Program-made: the position numbers and the translations under genes
DNA from: Mobula hypostoma
Taxonomy: Eukaryota
DNA: 64,000 nt
Direction: 5' to 3'
Assembly: GCF_963921235.1 (NCBI RefSeq)
Contig: NC_086097.1
Location: 88,228,001-88,292,000, forward strand
In this document: piece after piece, positions 13,930 to 26,554 of the stretch
Layout: every line of letters begins with the position of its first letter
Numbering within the stretch: the stretch's first letter is position 1
The notes under the pieces: model-generated
Database searches by the model: none
Seen by the model: only the letters and a program-made list of their open reading frames with translations
Told to the model about the DNA's origin: nothing

Positions 13930-14600
13930 TATTTGTCATTGTATGGATTTGAGTCAAGAGCATGGGCTGGAAAAAAAGATCAGAAACTAACAAGGAAACT
14001 CAAGGATTCAATCCTGGTGATATTGCCTCTGGAATATGAAGTATAGGTCTGGTCACTCTATGAATTAAGGATATACAGTACATCTGTTAGAGCAGGGTTT
14101 CCCAACCTGGGGTCCATTGACCTTTTGCTTAACCATATAAAAAAGGTTGGAAACCTGTGTTAGAGGAAGTGCATTCACCAAATTGGTTCCTGACATGGAA
14201 GGTTTGTCCTTTGAGGAGAGATTAAGCAGAGCTGAGCATGGAAGGATGAGAAATGGCCCCAGTGAAGCGCACAACATTCTTGCAGGTCTTGTTAGGTAGA
14301 CATGGTGACATTACTCTGACTTGGCTGTCTTGAATCAAAAGTCTCAAATTAGGTAATTGGCCGGTGTGAACTAAGATGAGAAGACATTCATTAAGAGCGC
14401 AGTGAATCTTGAGAATTCTCATCCCAACAAGGCTTGCCTTCGAATTGATGTTGTTTAAATAAGTCAGAGATTGTTAAACTTTTAGGTGGTAAGGAAATCA
14501 AAATATTGTATTAATACAGGAAAGTAGTGCCAAGGTAAAAAATCAGTCGTGATCTTATTGAATGCCTGATGCATAATTTCTATTTCTTGTGTTCTATGCA
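13930..14600 (+). mobile_element. Old CR1 3' fragment hosting a MITE
   Basis: Decayed FTKLVPDMEGLSFEERLSR motif; cagtcgtgatcttattgaatg 3' UTR. Confidence 0.7.
14093..14157 (+). mobile_element. 65-bp hAT-type MITE, same family as 3716-3794
   Basis: TIRs cagggtttcccaacc / ggttggaaacctg; perfect TSD tgttagag at 14085-14092 and 14158-14165. Confidence 0.9.
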
Positions 14601-16029
14601 AAGGCGGAATAATTAAGTTTTAACTTGGTAAAGCTGCTATTCATAGTTGATGGATCAAATGAAACTGACAATTTAAGATTACATTCATTGTTATAATATT
14701 CAGTGTCATTTGTCAACTCTAGAAATAGTTGCATGTTTTGCACTCCCACAGCTACCTAGACTTTAATCCTCATTTGATAGTGAATGTTTCCGCATAGAAG
14801 AAAATTTATTGTTAACAATTTGTCTCTAATGCTGTTAATGAGCTCCTATACACCAACAACTTTCTGAAGCAAAACATTTTTGGAATCGGAGCCCAAACAT
14901 ATTTAATGTTATGACAACTTCAATCTTTATTTCTGTACTATGCTATAATAAATTTAACATTCAGAGCAGGTTCTTGTACATATTTCCTGGACTAGTTCCC
15001 AGAAGTAATTTAACTTGAGGAGCTCTGCTGTATATACGAAAAAGTTATAATTTGACATTCTCCTTAGTTGAATTTGCCTCCCGCCAACGCTGGTAAGAGC
15101 TTTATAGTCAGTAGCATGATGAAGAAAAGGGAATGTCACTTCAGAATAAAAAGGCTGAGTATCTGGTAAATGTTGAAAATCAGAAGTAGCTCAAAGATAT
15201 TTTGAGCAATTAGTTCCAGTTGATTGACTTTTAATTTTGTTGGTTTGTAGAGACTGTGCCAATTATATCAAAATCACTCTGCATGATGTATCAATGCACA
15301 TAATTATGGCATTGTATGGATATCTGCCTGCCAACTCTTATCTGTTCTACAAAAAAGACAAGAACATCGGCAAATTAATACATAGTGGGTACACATGTCT
15401 GTCCTTGCACCTTCAATATTATGCTCAGGACCTTTCTTCTGGGAGCTGCACAGGATTGCTAACTAATTGGAAAAGAATTAATAAATAAATCCCTTATTAA
15501 TTAATAAGGGATTAAAGGGATCTCCAGCCAAGGAAGGAAAATTGGCAGGTGAGTTGTGTTGCAGGTCAGTTTGTGATGTGACATTGCTGGAGGAGGAAGT
15601 ATTTGGAGAAATGCGATGATTGGCTGCTGAGGTAGAATGTGATGACTGATCTTTGGAGGAAGGATGATTGATGGATGAGTGAGTCAGACATGAGATAGGA
15701 ATGAGTGGCTTGGGGAGAAAGCAGGATAAGTGGCAAAGTGGGGAGGGTGAGGCAATTTTTAAAAAGTTAGTGATGTAGAATAAAACGTGTGGATAATACT
15801 AAATGGGATGACCAGATAATGTGATATTGTACTTCTGGAGCTGATGCAGATGACAAGGTCCGAGGATAAACTGGAAATTGTGCATTAGAAGTGGTTTCTA
15901 GTTTGTCAGCATGAAATACATGTTAATCTTTTGACCAAATCATTGTCTTCCAAAATAAACTGCTTCATTCTACAATATGTAGATGCTTTAAATAGAAAAT
16001 TGTGATGGGAAAATGATTCACTCCAAAGT

Positions 16030-16345
16030 CTCAGAATCAGGTTTAATATCACTGGCACAATATCATGAAATTAGTTGTCTTTGTGGCAGCAGTCCAAAAT
16101 AATAGAAAAATGTGAATTACAGTAAATAAAACAGTTAACTTAAGTAGTGCAAAAATAAAAACAATGAGGTAGTATTCATGGGTTTAATGTCCATTCAGAA
16201 ATCAGATGGCAGAGGGGAAGAAGCTGTTCTTGAATCATTGAGTGTGTACCTTCAGGCTTCTGCATCTGTTTCTGAATGGTGGTAATGAGAACACAGCATG
16301 ACCCGTGTGATGGGGGTCCTTAATGACGGATGCTGCCTTTTTTAG
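16030..16345 (-). mobile_element. Rex1/Babar LINE 3' end
   Basis: tcagaatcag tail; antisense end of ORF (ggggaagaagctgttcttgaatc...ggggtccttaatga). Confidence 0.8.
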
Positions 16346-17859
16346 AAACAACTTTTTATTTTGTTGCATTATAGGAACAAAAGCTTGAATTAATTCGAAG
16401 GTACAAATGTAAGAGTGTGTAATGCCACAATTGCTGAACTGCTGCAGTTATTTTAATCCCTTTTATAAATGTTATTAAATGCCCTAGAATATGTGAACAG
16501 AGCACATGACATTTGAAGTAGGTAGGTTTAATTCCAGTCCAAATTGGGTAAAGTTTTTAGAATCATTAAACTGTATTTCATATTTATACCTTACTCTGAT
16601 TTTGGAATTTATATGGGAAAAATGAAAAATAGTCCAACTAGTTTTGTTTTTTTAAATATGCAATGATGGTAGATGAGCAGAGGTAATTGATAATGATGAG
16701 TAAAATAAAATTTGATGGAAATACACTGCAGGTTTGTCAGCATCTGTAGTGGGAAAGATGGATTAAAGTTTTTGATGTCCCCCAATCTTACAGGCAACTT
16801 TTACATAATCATAAGAACCAACAAAGAGAATGATGAGGATAGATGATTATATTGCACCATCGCCTCAAACTGGGTTAAACAATATTTTGTGTTTTTTTTC
16901 CACATACTGGTGCTGTAGGTGAACATGTTTGTGTTGTTTCTTGGAGATCTGAAGTTTTAGAGCACTGAAATATGGTGTCCATATAGTTTTTCACTTTATT
17001 GGATCTTAATTGGCATTGATTTCTGCACAGAACAATTGGTAAGGAAGAAAACAAGTATATGTAATAAAAAAGATAATTTCAAAGGACTCAAAACTGGGGA
17101 GTTAAATTATTTTTCTCCCTGTCTGTAATTTGAAACAATGAATTAGGGTCCTATATAGAATTTCTTCATCTACAATCACTGGTTAGATTACGAGGAGATT
17201 CCATGGTAGATGGGAGATCTGCTTCTCTGGATTGTTATCCAGTTCATACCACTGGAAAATATAGCTTGTTGAGGGCTTCAGTGCAGTAAGCTGATATATC
17301 AGGTAATCCATCTACTGCCATGAATAACTAAGACAAAAGCAAGTTCTTTTGTAGAACTATCTTGAGCTGTTTCCATGTAAATAGTTGAGAAGGAAGGCCC
17401 TAGAGCTTTTCTGAAGAGTTCTGTGCTACTATCAAATATTGGTGCATGGATGGTGATGCCATTATAGTGCAATTTTAAAATGTAAAATTTAAGAGGATTT
17501 TAACCATGTCAGCTTAGAAACAGCTGGCATCTGAAACTTAATTAAAAATAGTTTATGTTGAAAGGGAAAAAAATTTATGACTGACTTGAGAGTATTTGTG
17601 ATTTTATTTTCAATTGAGATGATAGCTTTTAAGATTATATACAATTTCATTTTTTTGGTAATCTCCGTCATTCCATGGTAAGTAATTTATATGGTAAATT
17701 GACCAGCTTCTGTAGTAATGCACCCTGATGATTTTGTTTAATAACCACCAGGTGGAAATGGAACTTATTCTCCCCATCTCGTAACTCAATCACAATGTTA
17801 AAGTGCTTCCAAGTATGCAATTTGAACAAACTTTGATAAGTTTTTGATTTCATTCAGTG

Positions 17860-17965
17860 GTATCTGTCTTGAGAGAGACTGTGCAGGTTCAAGACCCATT
17901 CTAGATATTTGAGCAGGTTAACCCAGACTGAGACACCAGTACAACAATGAGGTGTCAGTGGCAGA
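17860..17965 (+). mobile_element. Deu-type (SacSINE1-like) SINE head relic
   Basis: ggttcaagacccattctagatatttgagca...gactgagacaccagtaca resembles the B box and following segment of these SINEs (from memory). Confidence 0.4.
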
Positions 17966-18274
17966 AATTTCTCATTACAATGCCCATTTCCCTCTCTCTC
18001 CACTCTCACTGTTCCCCTCCCTTCACACTCTCTCTATTCCCCCTGCCCCACCAATACTTTCACTTCATTTGTGTCCCAGTCCTGGAATGGTACCACGAGG
18101 GAGTGAATCATGAGTCATATATTTAAGTATATGATGGAAGATGTTAAAATGGTCTAATTTGGAGGAGAAGATACTATTGAGTTTTGTATTTGATTTGGAA
18201 CTTATTTTAACTAGGCAATGACAGGATGCATATCTGAGTATGGAAGCTTTGTGGCTGGCTATCAAATCTATCCA

Positions 18275-18573
18275 TTGGTCTTAGTGGTCACATACTTACA
18301 GATACTGATTGCAACATTTTAACAGTAAACCCAACTATCTTCCTGATCCACAAGTGAGTCAAGTGACAAGCCCCAGTGAGACACCACCTTGTATACCTTC
18401 TCAAGTGAGCAGGGCATAGGTGGGGCTTAATGCTCAATCCTGATTGGTGGATCTGAATTGGCTATTCCTCTTTGGTTAGTTTGAATTGGCCTTGATCTGA
18501 TTGGTCGATTTAAAAAAAACATTTTATTTTTATTTTCAGACCAAACACTCTTTGAGAAGATGTCTGGCCTGTG
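18275..18573. repeat. Left arm of a long inverted repeat (palindromic element)
   Basis: Aligns by eye with the reverse complement of 23780-24036, e.g. tcacatacttacagatactgattgcaacattttaacagtaaacc vs tcacatacatacagatactgattgcaccatttcaacagtaaacc. Confidence 0.92.
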
Positions 18574-18668
18574 ACCACAGATTCCTTCTTCCTTGAGTTT
18601 TACAACAGTTGGCATCCACACTGTTGCATTACTGCCATCTTCAGGATTTATTGTCCCTCATTATCCAT

Positions 18669-21600
18669 TCACTTTAAAGCCGTCTTTCCAGTCCCGTTGC
18701 CGTTAAAAAAAATTAAACAACCATTTCCTCCCCGATCACTCTCCCCACATTCCAATAAACCTTTAACACTGTTCTCTACCAGTCCTATTTTGCGTAATTG
18801 TTGTAACATTTGTTGTCTTTCCTGTGCAAATTTCCTGCATGAAATAAGGATATGCTCTACTGTTTCAGTCTCCTGACATAGATTGCCAAAACCCGTTGGA
18901 TGCTTATTTATGATGGCCAGAGTGCCATTAAGGTTGCTGTGCCCAGTTCTCAGTCTACTTATAATTACTTGCTCCTTCCGCTTTACTCCCCTACTTCTTC
19001 CCATATCTACTCTGTTCTGAATTGAATGTAAATGTCTTCCTTTTATTGCTCTATCCCAATGCTGCTGCCACTGTTGATTTATCCTTCTCCACACTATGCT
19101 CTTCCCCTCTGATTTTGATAGTTTAATATTGACCTCTACAGATCCTTTTTTGACTGCTGCTATTGCCAGTTTATCTGCGGTCTCATTTCCCATAATACCT
19201 GAATGTGCTGGAACCCCCATGAATGCGATATTTTTGCCTTGACTAGCCAGTCTTGAATTTGCAAACAGGATTTCCTAAAGCAGATCTTGGTGACCTCTAG
19301 CTGTACCCGTCTTAATGCTTGCAAGGGCTGATGCAGAATCGCTACATATCACAATATTACTACAATCAACCTGCTCACTCCATTCTAGTGCTAACAATAT
19401 GGCAAACATTTCAACTGCATATACACTCTAACAATCAGGTGTTCTCTTGCTAACTTCCACTTGATAACTTGGCACAATAATTGCAGACCCTGTTACACCT
19501 GTTTTTGGATCCTTTGATCCATCTGTAAAAAATCTGTATGCCTTTATAGTTACATTCCCTATAACAATGATATTCACTGAGTATATCAGCCGTCTTATTA
19601 CTGTGTTTAATCTTAAACAATTCCAAATCTACGGAGGGATTTTCTAATACCCAGAAAGGTCTGACAGGCCACACCACACTTGGACAAAACTCTTTATCGT
19701 ATATAACCATATCTTTTGCTGTTTGCTCTCCTGTCCATCCAAATCTTTCTTTTTGTGTCCTCTCCTTCTCCCAGCATGTCTGCAACACCCTTTTTGTAGG
19801 ATGGCTATCACCATGCCCCCTTAAGTTAATCCAGTAATTGGCCTCCAGCTGTTTACACTGCAGCCCCAGTGGCATTTCATTTGCTTCAATTTGGAGTGCA
19901 CACACTGGGGAAGTTCTAACCGCTCCCAAGCACACCCTTAGAGCCCGAGCTTGCACGATATCCAGTTCTGCCAGCACAGATTTTGCTGCTGACCTGTATA
20001 CAATACTTCCATAGTCTAATCTTGATCTTATTAATGCTACATAAATATAATTCAGTGATGCAAAATCAGCACCCCATTCCAATCCAGCAAGACACGTGAT
20101 GACACTTATCACATTTTCACATTTAGTAACTACTTAACTAACATGTTCTTTCCATGTTAATCACAAGTTAAAGTGCACTCCCAAAAACTGAAAACTTTCA
20201 ACTCTCTCCAGGTTACTTCCATCCAGACTCAAATTAAGTCCTGAGCTTTTTCCTTGTAAAGACCATGGCTTTTGTCTTCTCCACTGAAAATTGAACACCC
20301 CACTTTGTCCCCCACTCTTCAACTTGATTAATTCCATCTTGCAGTTTCGTAACTATACGTTCAATATTTCTCCCTCTTTTCCACAAAGCCCCGTCATCTG
20401 CAAACAATGACCTCCCCACTTCTGTTGGAATATTTTCGAATATATCATTTATCAAAATGGAGAATAAAGTTGGACTCACTACACTCTCCTGAGGCATCCC
20501 ATTTTCTACAACATACTGGCTTGATAGCTCTGATCCTATCCTCACCTGAATAGTTTTCCCGTTTAAAAAGTCCTTAACCCAATTGAACATTGCCCCTCCA
20601 CCCTGATTCCCATTAAATATAGCTTGATTAGGAGCCCCTCTTTCCAGAACATATCATAAGCTTTCTGAACATCAAAAAAAAACTGCAACCACTGTCTCTT
20701 TATTTACTTGAGCTTTTCTTATTTCATCCTCTAGACACAACACCGGATCCATAGTATTCCTTCCTTTCCTGAACCCGCTGTGATACATAGCCACCATACC
20801 TCTATTTTCCAAGAAGTACACTAACCTCTCATTTATCATACCTTCCATAAGTTTACATACATGTGACGTCAAGGCAATTGGCCTGTAGTTTCCTGGCCTG
20901 CTGGCATCTTTCCCAGGTTTCCTTATTGGAATAATTATTGCCTCTTTCCAGCTCCCTGGTATTCTCCCTTCATCCCAGACTTTGTTATACAGAAGCAGTA
21001 GTTTCTCCAGACTTCCTTCACTCAAGTGTTTTATCATACAATAACATATTTCATCTTTATCTGGTGCAGTCTTTCCTGTTTTATCTAGTGCCTTTCTTAA
21101 TTCTCCCATGTTGAAAGGGACATCTTGCACACCATCAAGGTTAGTTTTCCTACATAAAGCCTCCATATTTTCAGCTTTTGTTCTCTCTACCTCTTCTTCC
21201 CTTATCAGACAAATTATCGGAACTATCTACCATAACAAAAGTGTTTGCTGACAATTCTGCCTTTTCCTTATTTGTTACTGCAGTCACATTTCCATCAACC
21301 AGAACTGGGTACCTCCACTCTCTCCTGTCCCCTCCCATCCTTTTTATCATCCCCCACACTTCTCATACTTGTGTTGTGTTTCTGATTGAATCACAATACT
21401 TTCTCCAGGGGGTTCTTTTAGCATGTCTTATTGCCCTCCTTACTACTGCCTGAGCTTGTTTGTACTGAATCATATGTTGGAAGTTATGAGTTCTTTTAAC
21501 CAGTTTAAATGCCTTATTTCTATTTCTCACTGCTTCCTTACAATTATCATCCCACCATGGTATTATTCCCTTCTTTATTCTTCCTTTACTTTTAGGAATG

Positions 21601-22436
21601 GATTCTAATGCAGCTGATATTATACTTTGTTTTAATATGCTGTCAAGTGTTTCTATGTCCATTCCATCACTGACCCGACTTAGATATCTATCACTTTTTT
21701 CCAGAAATTTCTCTCAATTGGCTTTCTCAAGGATCCATTTCCCACCTGTATTCTCTGTGACCAATGAGGCAGAAATATTTATCTTACACCAGATTAGGTA
21801 ATGATCACTCCCTACAGTTCCTTCTTGGTACACTAACCAATCACACACTGATGTAATGGAGTTCGATACTAATGTAAGATCAAGCACAGATTCTTTACCT
21901 GTATTAACATCAATTCTAGTACTACTGCCATCATTTAGGCACACTAAATACTTGTCATCTAGCAACTCCTCCATTATCTGACCATTGATGTCTGTTCTGT
22001 CACTCCCCCATAATACATTATGTCCATTAAAATCACCACACCAAACAACGTTACTACTATTCTGCCTTTCTATCTCAAGCTTGTTTAACTCTAGTCTTTT
22101 GTATGGGTTATAATAATTCACAATCACCAACTCTTTCCTTTCAGCTCATACTTTTACTACCACATACTCTTGTTCAATTCCTATACCTAATATTCTATAA
22201 GGAATACTTTACATAAAGTATTCCTTGCTTTACACAAGTTGCACATCCTCCTCCTCCCCCCCCCCCCCGTCTCGCCTTACTGCCACATAACCATATAAAA
22301 CAAAATCTAAATTAGGTTTTAACTAGGTCTCCTGGATACACACAACATCTGGATTTCCTCTCCTCCTAGCTATAAACTGCTTGAAATCTTGTCCATAAGC
22401 AATCAGACTTCTTGCATTTCATTGAAGAAGTAGCAT
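18669..22436 (-). pseudogene. Nimb-like ORF2 (APE-RT-RNase H-CCHC), multiple frameshifts and stops
   Basis: MLLLQ*NARSL, VWCGDFNGH, GSDH (APE); NYRPIALTSHVCKLME, LFADDGALW (RT); VPAHSGIMGNETADKLA (RNase H); LCQETETVEHILISC. Confidence 0.92.
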
Positions 22437-22447
22437 TATTAGTAATA

Positions 22448-23618
22448 TCAACCCACACATACTGTCTCTTGACTTGACTGTACCCTGAGTTCATCGTTTA
22501 CTTCTTCCCATTTTAATCCTATCATATCGAAATGGTGCTCTGCAGCTTTCACAATAATCTGAATCCTTTCAGTTTTAGATTTGATCTCATACGTTGCGTT
22601 TACCACTCCTGCTATAAAGGTCACCAATTTCTTCTTCTCTATCCATGCATTCTTCTTATCTTGCCTTTCTTTAGCTGCCATTTGCTCTTTGCTACATCCT
22701 CCCTCATTCATATTCTTCTGTCCTGCCAATTTGACTGCCTCGGCACATGAGACTTTTTCCTTCACCCTTATCTGCTGCACCTCCACCTCTTTTTTCAACA
22801 CTTCACATCCCCAGTACACTACACTATGGTTACCTCCACAATTACAGCACTTTGGTCTCACTCCCTCTCCACATTTTCCGTATTCATGTTCCCCACCACA
22901 CCTTGCACATCTTCTCTTTCCTTTGCACACTTTGGCCACATGCCCAAACTCCTGGCAATTGAAACACCTCATAGGTTTTGGTATATATTCTTTTACACTG
23001 TATCTTAGAAATCCAAAGTCAACTCCTTTGGAGGCACCTTATCCTCAAATTCTACCAGAACAGTTTCAGTCTCCCTTTTCTCTGCTCCCCTTGTTACTCT
23101 TTTCACACTCTTCATTGAACTATTCCTCACCCTCAAGTTCTCCACTAGCTCCTTCATATTAACACTGAGGGGAACCCCGGAGATCACCCCCTTGAAACCA
23201 TTGACCCTTTGTGCTCCAACTCTTACAACCCTGGACACTTTGACTTTCCTAATATTAGTCACCTTTATTGCCTTCTCCATCTGCTCTTCAGTTTTACATC
23301 CTATCAGCAGGTTTCCATCTCCTAAAATTCTCGCATGATTCACTTCCCCTACTCGCTCTCTGATGATTTTTGTTAGCTTAAGCAGATTGATTTTCTTTAC
23401 TCCCTCTTCCCCCTCAAGTTTTACCACTACATTTAGCAATTTTGCCCTCGGGCCCTCTCCTCAACTTCTCTTCCCTCACTTTCCAATCCACCTATACTAG
23501 ACCCACCTCCTTTCTTTCTCTTCTGACCCATCACCTTCCTATTCCTAGTCCCTCTCCCCACCTCTTCCCACTCAAACTCCGTGCTGTTGCTGTCACCATC
23601 AGTCTCTCTCCCTGCCAT
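22448..23618 (-). pseudogene. Nimb-like ORF1, gag-like with three zinc knuckles, frameshifted
   Basis: CFNCQEFGHVAKVC, CARCGGEHEYGKC and CCNCGGNHSVVYWGC in ORF 22448-22972; upstream pieces 23005-23439 and 23433-23618. Confidence 0.92.
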
Positions 23619-23784
23619 TCTATCAGAGTTTGCAAGGAACCATGTATGAATATCATTCCGGACCTATACAGGCCATCAGTCAATACCCCCACAGAATGTC
23701 CCCCCACAACACCCCAGCAGTTCCAGCACCTCCTCAGCAGAGCCCACCAGCCCCAGAACAGCCTAGCCCTTACCACAGATTCCT

Positions 23785-24036
23785 AAAGAGGGTTCGGTCT
23801 AAAAAAATAAGACTCAGCAGAACAAGGCCAATTTGAACTAACCAATCAGGAATAGGCAATTCAGATCCAGCCAATCAGGATTGAGCACTAAAGTGCCCTG
23901 CTCACTCGAGAGGGTATATAAGGAGGTGTCTCTCAGGGAACTGTTCATTTAATTAACTTGTGCATGAGGAAGACAGTCAGGTTTACTGTTGAAATGGTGC
24001 AATCAGTATCTGTATGTATGTGACTGTTAAGACCAA
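23785..24036. repeat. Right arm of the long inverted repeat
   Basis: Reverse complement of 18275-18560; begins immediately after the TSD. Confidence 0.92.
23826..23950 (+). promoter_or_regulatory. Putative Pol II promoter: three CCAAT boxes, TATA box, Inr-like site
   Basis: ccaat at 23828, 23842 and 23871; tatataa at 23915-23921; tcattt with its A at 23947, 32 nt from the TATA start. Confidence 0.45.
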
Positions 24037-26269
24037 ACAATAGGATGCATATTGACTGTACAAACCAGCTTCTCTGAATATGCCATGAATTATTTTGGAA
24101 TGTGGCCATATAAAATTTACCCTTAACTGGCTGTTTGTTTTTGCTGCTAAAGTCACTTTCTCCAAAGATTTGTGTAGTTCCTTTGAAACAAAGCCACTAA
24201 TTATGGTATAATGACTGACTATTTCGATAACTGCGAGCAACTGTTGGGCAACAATCTCACTGCAGATCTCTGAAATAATTTCACAGCCTAATTGTACACC
24301 CTGGTTAAGTTTGTTCTAGCATTTGGTGAATGAGTTGGACTGACCTGAGAGCAGTTGAAATGTGTCATTAAACCAAAATAGCACATCTGTCCATTTCCAC
24401 ATACTCCACCCTGACCCACACAACTTCCACCATTCCTGCTTCCAGGTTGGGGAAGTGAAAGTTGTCTGGTCATACGAAAATATTGGGTCAGGGCAAGATA
24501 ACATTGAGGTGGCCCATTAGTGTCATAATCTGTCATTAAACATCATTAAGATTGGCAGGTAAGTATGAACCACTTCAGTATCACTGATGGGCTTCTGGAG
24601 CTGGAAGACTTGCACTGAACAATCAGTAATAAGTTTGGGGTAAGAAATGAGTTTTGAATTAATATTAGGGAAATGAAATGCTCTTTGGTATAAACTATGT
24701 AATTACATTAGAGGTTCTTATGGTTCTGTAGGGGATTATATTCTGTCTGACTTCATCTTGATTAACACTATTTATATATATATTGTTCCCATTTTAGTAT
24801 CTGTGATGATTATAAGTTAGAAGTTTGATAGAATGGTTTGGATGGCACCAGAAGCCACAAGAGCATAGCTCAAGTAGATTTAGCTGTCAAATGAACAGCA
24901 AGTGAACTGTCTGGATATCACTTCAGTGCTTCCACTTTTATGTCTTTCTATAAATAATATATATCCTGTTAGTGGTTAGAACAATGAAGTGGTTTTCTTC
25001 TGTTTTTGTTTATGGAATTTGCCAATAAAAATCTGAGCAGTCTTCAAGAGCTATTCGTAAAATCAGTGCAAAAAGACGCGAATGATGAAGGAATTAATCA
25101 AAGGATGATTTCTAGGAAAGTAATTGAACTCTATAATTGTCTTTTTTTTTGTAATGCAGTAAGTAGTTAAATTTATTAAAAAATTGAAGCCTGTGTGTTA
25201 GTGTACTTCTAATGGATATGCATAACAGATGTTCTTCATTCCAGTAGCTTCCAGACTATAAAACATGGAGTAGGCGCTTATTTCTTCTAATGCAAGTAAA
25301 ATGCACAAATATCAGGAAGCCCATTATACAATATTTTACTTGATTTGAGTCCAGTGCAGATGTTAACCAAGTGGAAGTCGCAGAAAATCTCAAACTAATC
25401 TAATTGCATTTATTCAAATTTCCCAAAAAGTGTTTTGAGGTTTCATTTGACGTGATGTCTGATGTTTATTTTATCTTTTCCCTGAAGTACAGGCCCCTAC
25501 AAAATTTCAGAAACGAGATTGTGGTTCCAAAAATATGAACATTGAGCTTGACAATATTTATTAAGTGCTAATTTTTCGATATGAGAATGTATCCTTGAAG
25601 CACACACTAGCAACAGGGGTGTGTCGGCAGTAATAGTAGAGCTGGGAAAGACACAAGGCGACTGCTTACCAATGAAGGGAAGCACTTCTGTCTGGATCTT
25701 GGAGAGAATAACAGGAATGTGAACAAAGTTCCCCTTAGTGATTGATCCCTAACCACCCTACTATGTTTCCTGGTTTGCAGGACATTTACATTAGCTATAC
25801 TGAGTGATAATGACTTTCAGTGGGGAAATAAAGGAGATGTTGAACAAAATTTGAAAGTGGCTACTGAAGAACATCTTTATTTAGACTCTTTATTAATCAT
25901 TTGAACTGTGGTAAGTGCCGGACCTGTGGGGGTGCATTAAGTGTGTGATGTTTGCTGATGGATTCAGAAGGGGGAATACGTTGAGATAATCACTTCTGGA
26001 CTGCGCATTGAGTGCACTCGTTATGTTTGGAATCATGACAAATCCTTTGCCAGCTGAAAGCTTGGAGTCAGTACTCTCATTGACATTTCCAGGCTTACTG
26101 GATATGTATCATTGACTATTCATCAGTCAGATGGACTAAAGGAAGATGAATCTCATATCCTCAATAGACAGTGCAACATCAAAATAGATACCAAGTTTCA
26201 ATAAAATAATTGGCAGAAAATGTAGAAGAAAATGGCTGTTTATCTATTTATCCATCCAAGTGTCAAGCC

Positions 26270-26553
26270 ATCAGACCCCTCAATACCCAGAGCCTGGACT
26301 GACACCAACCTACTGCCCTCTACTGTGCCTATTGTCTTGCTTATTATTTATTGTAATGCCTGCACTGTTTTGTGCACTTTATGCAGTCCTGGGTAGGTCT
26401 GTAGTCTAGTGTAGTTTTTGTGTTGTTTTACGTAGTTCAGCGTAGTTTTTGTATTGTTTCATGTAGCACCATGGTCCTGAAAAATGTTGTCTCGTTTTTA
26501 CTGTGTACCGTACCAGCAGTTATGGTCGAAATGACAATAAAAAGTGACTTGAC
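26270..26553 (+). mobile_element. Rex1/Babar-type LINE 3' UTR
   Basis: T-rich UTR ending aatgacaataaaaagtgacttgact. Confidence 0.65.
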
Positions 26554-26554
26554 T

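Larger units (their letters stand above)
18587..23771 (-). mobile_element. Full-length I-group (Nimb-like) LINE, inactivated
   Basis: ORF1 plus ORF2 with APE, RT, RNase H and CCHC; 3' end gatggcagtaatgcaac...ggatgccaac...aaggaagaa; 13-bp TSD accacagattcct at 18574-18586 and 23772-23784. Confidence 0.93.

Noticed and set aside
18275..24036. Treating the inverted arms as the LINE's own termini (DIRS-like inverted repeats)
   Set aside because: The 13-bp TSD lies inside the arms and no tyrosine recombinase is encoded, so the LINE inserted into a pre-existing palindrome
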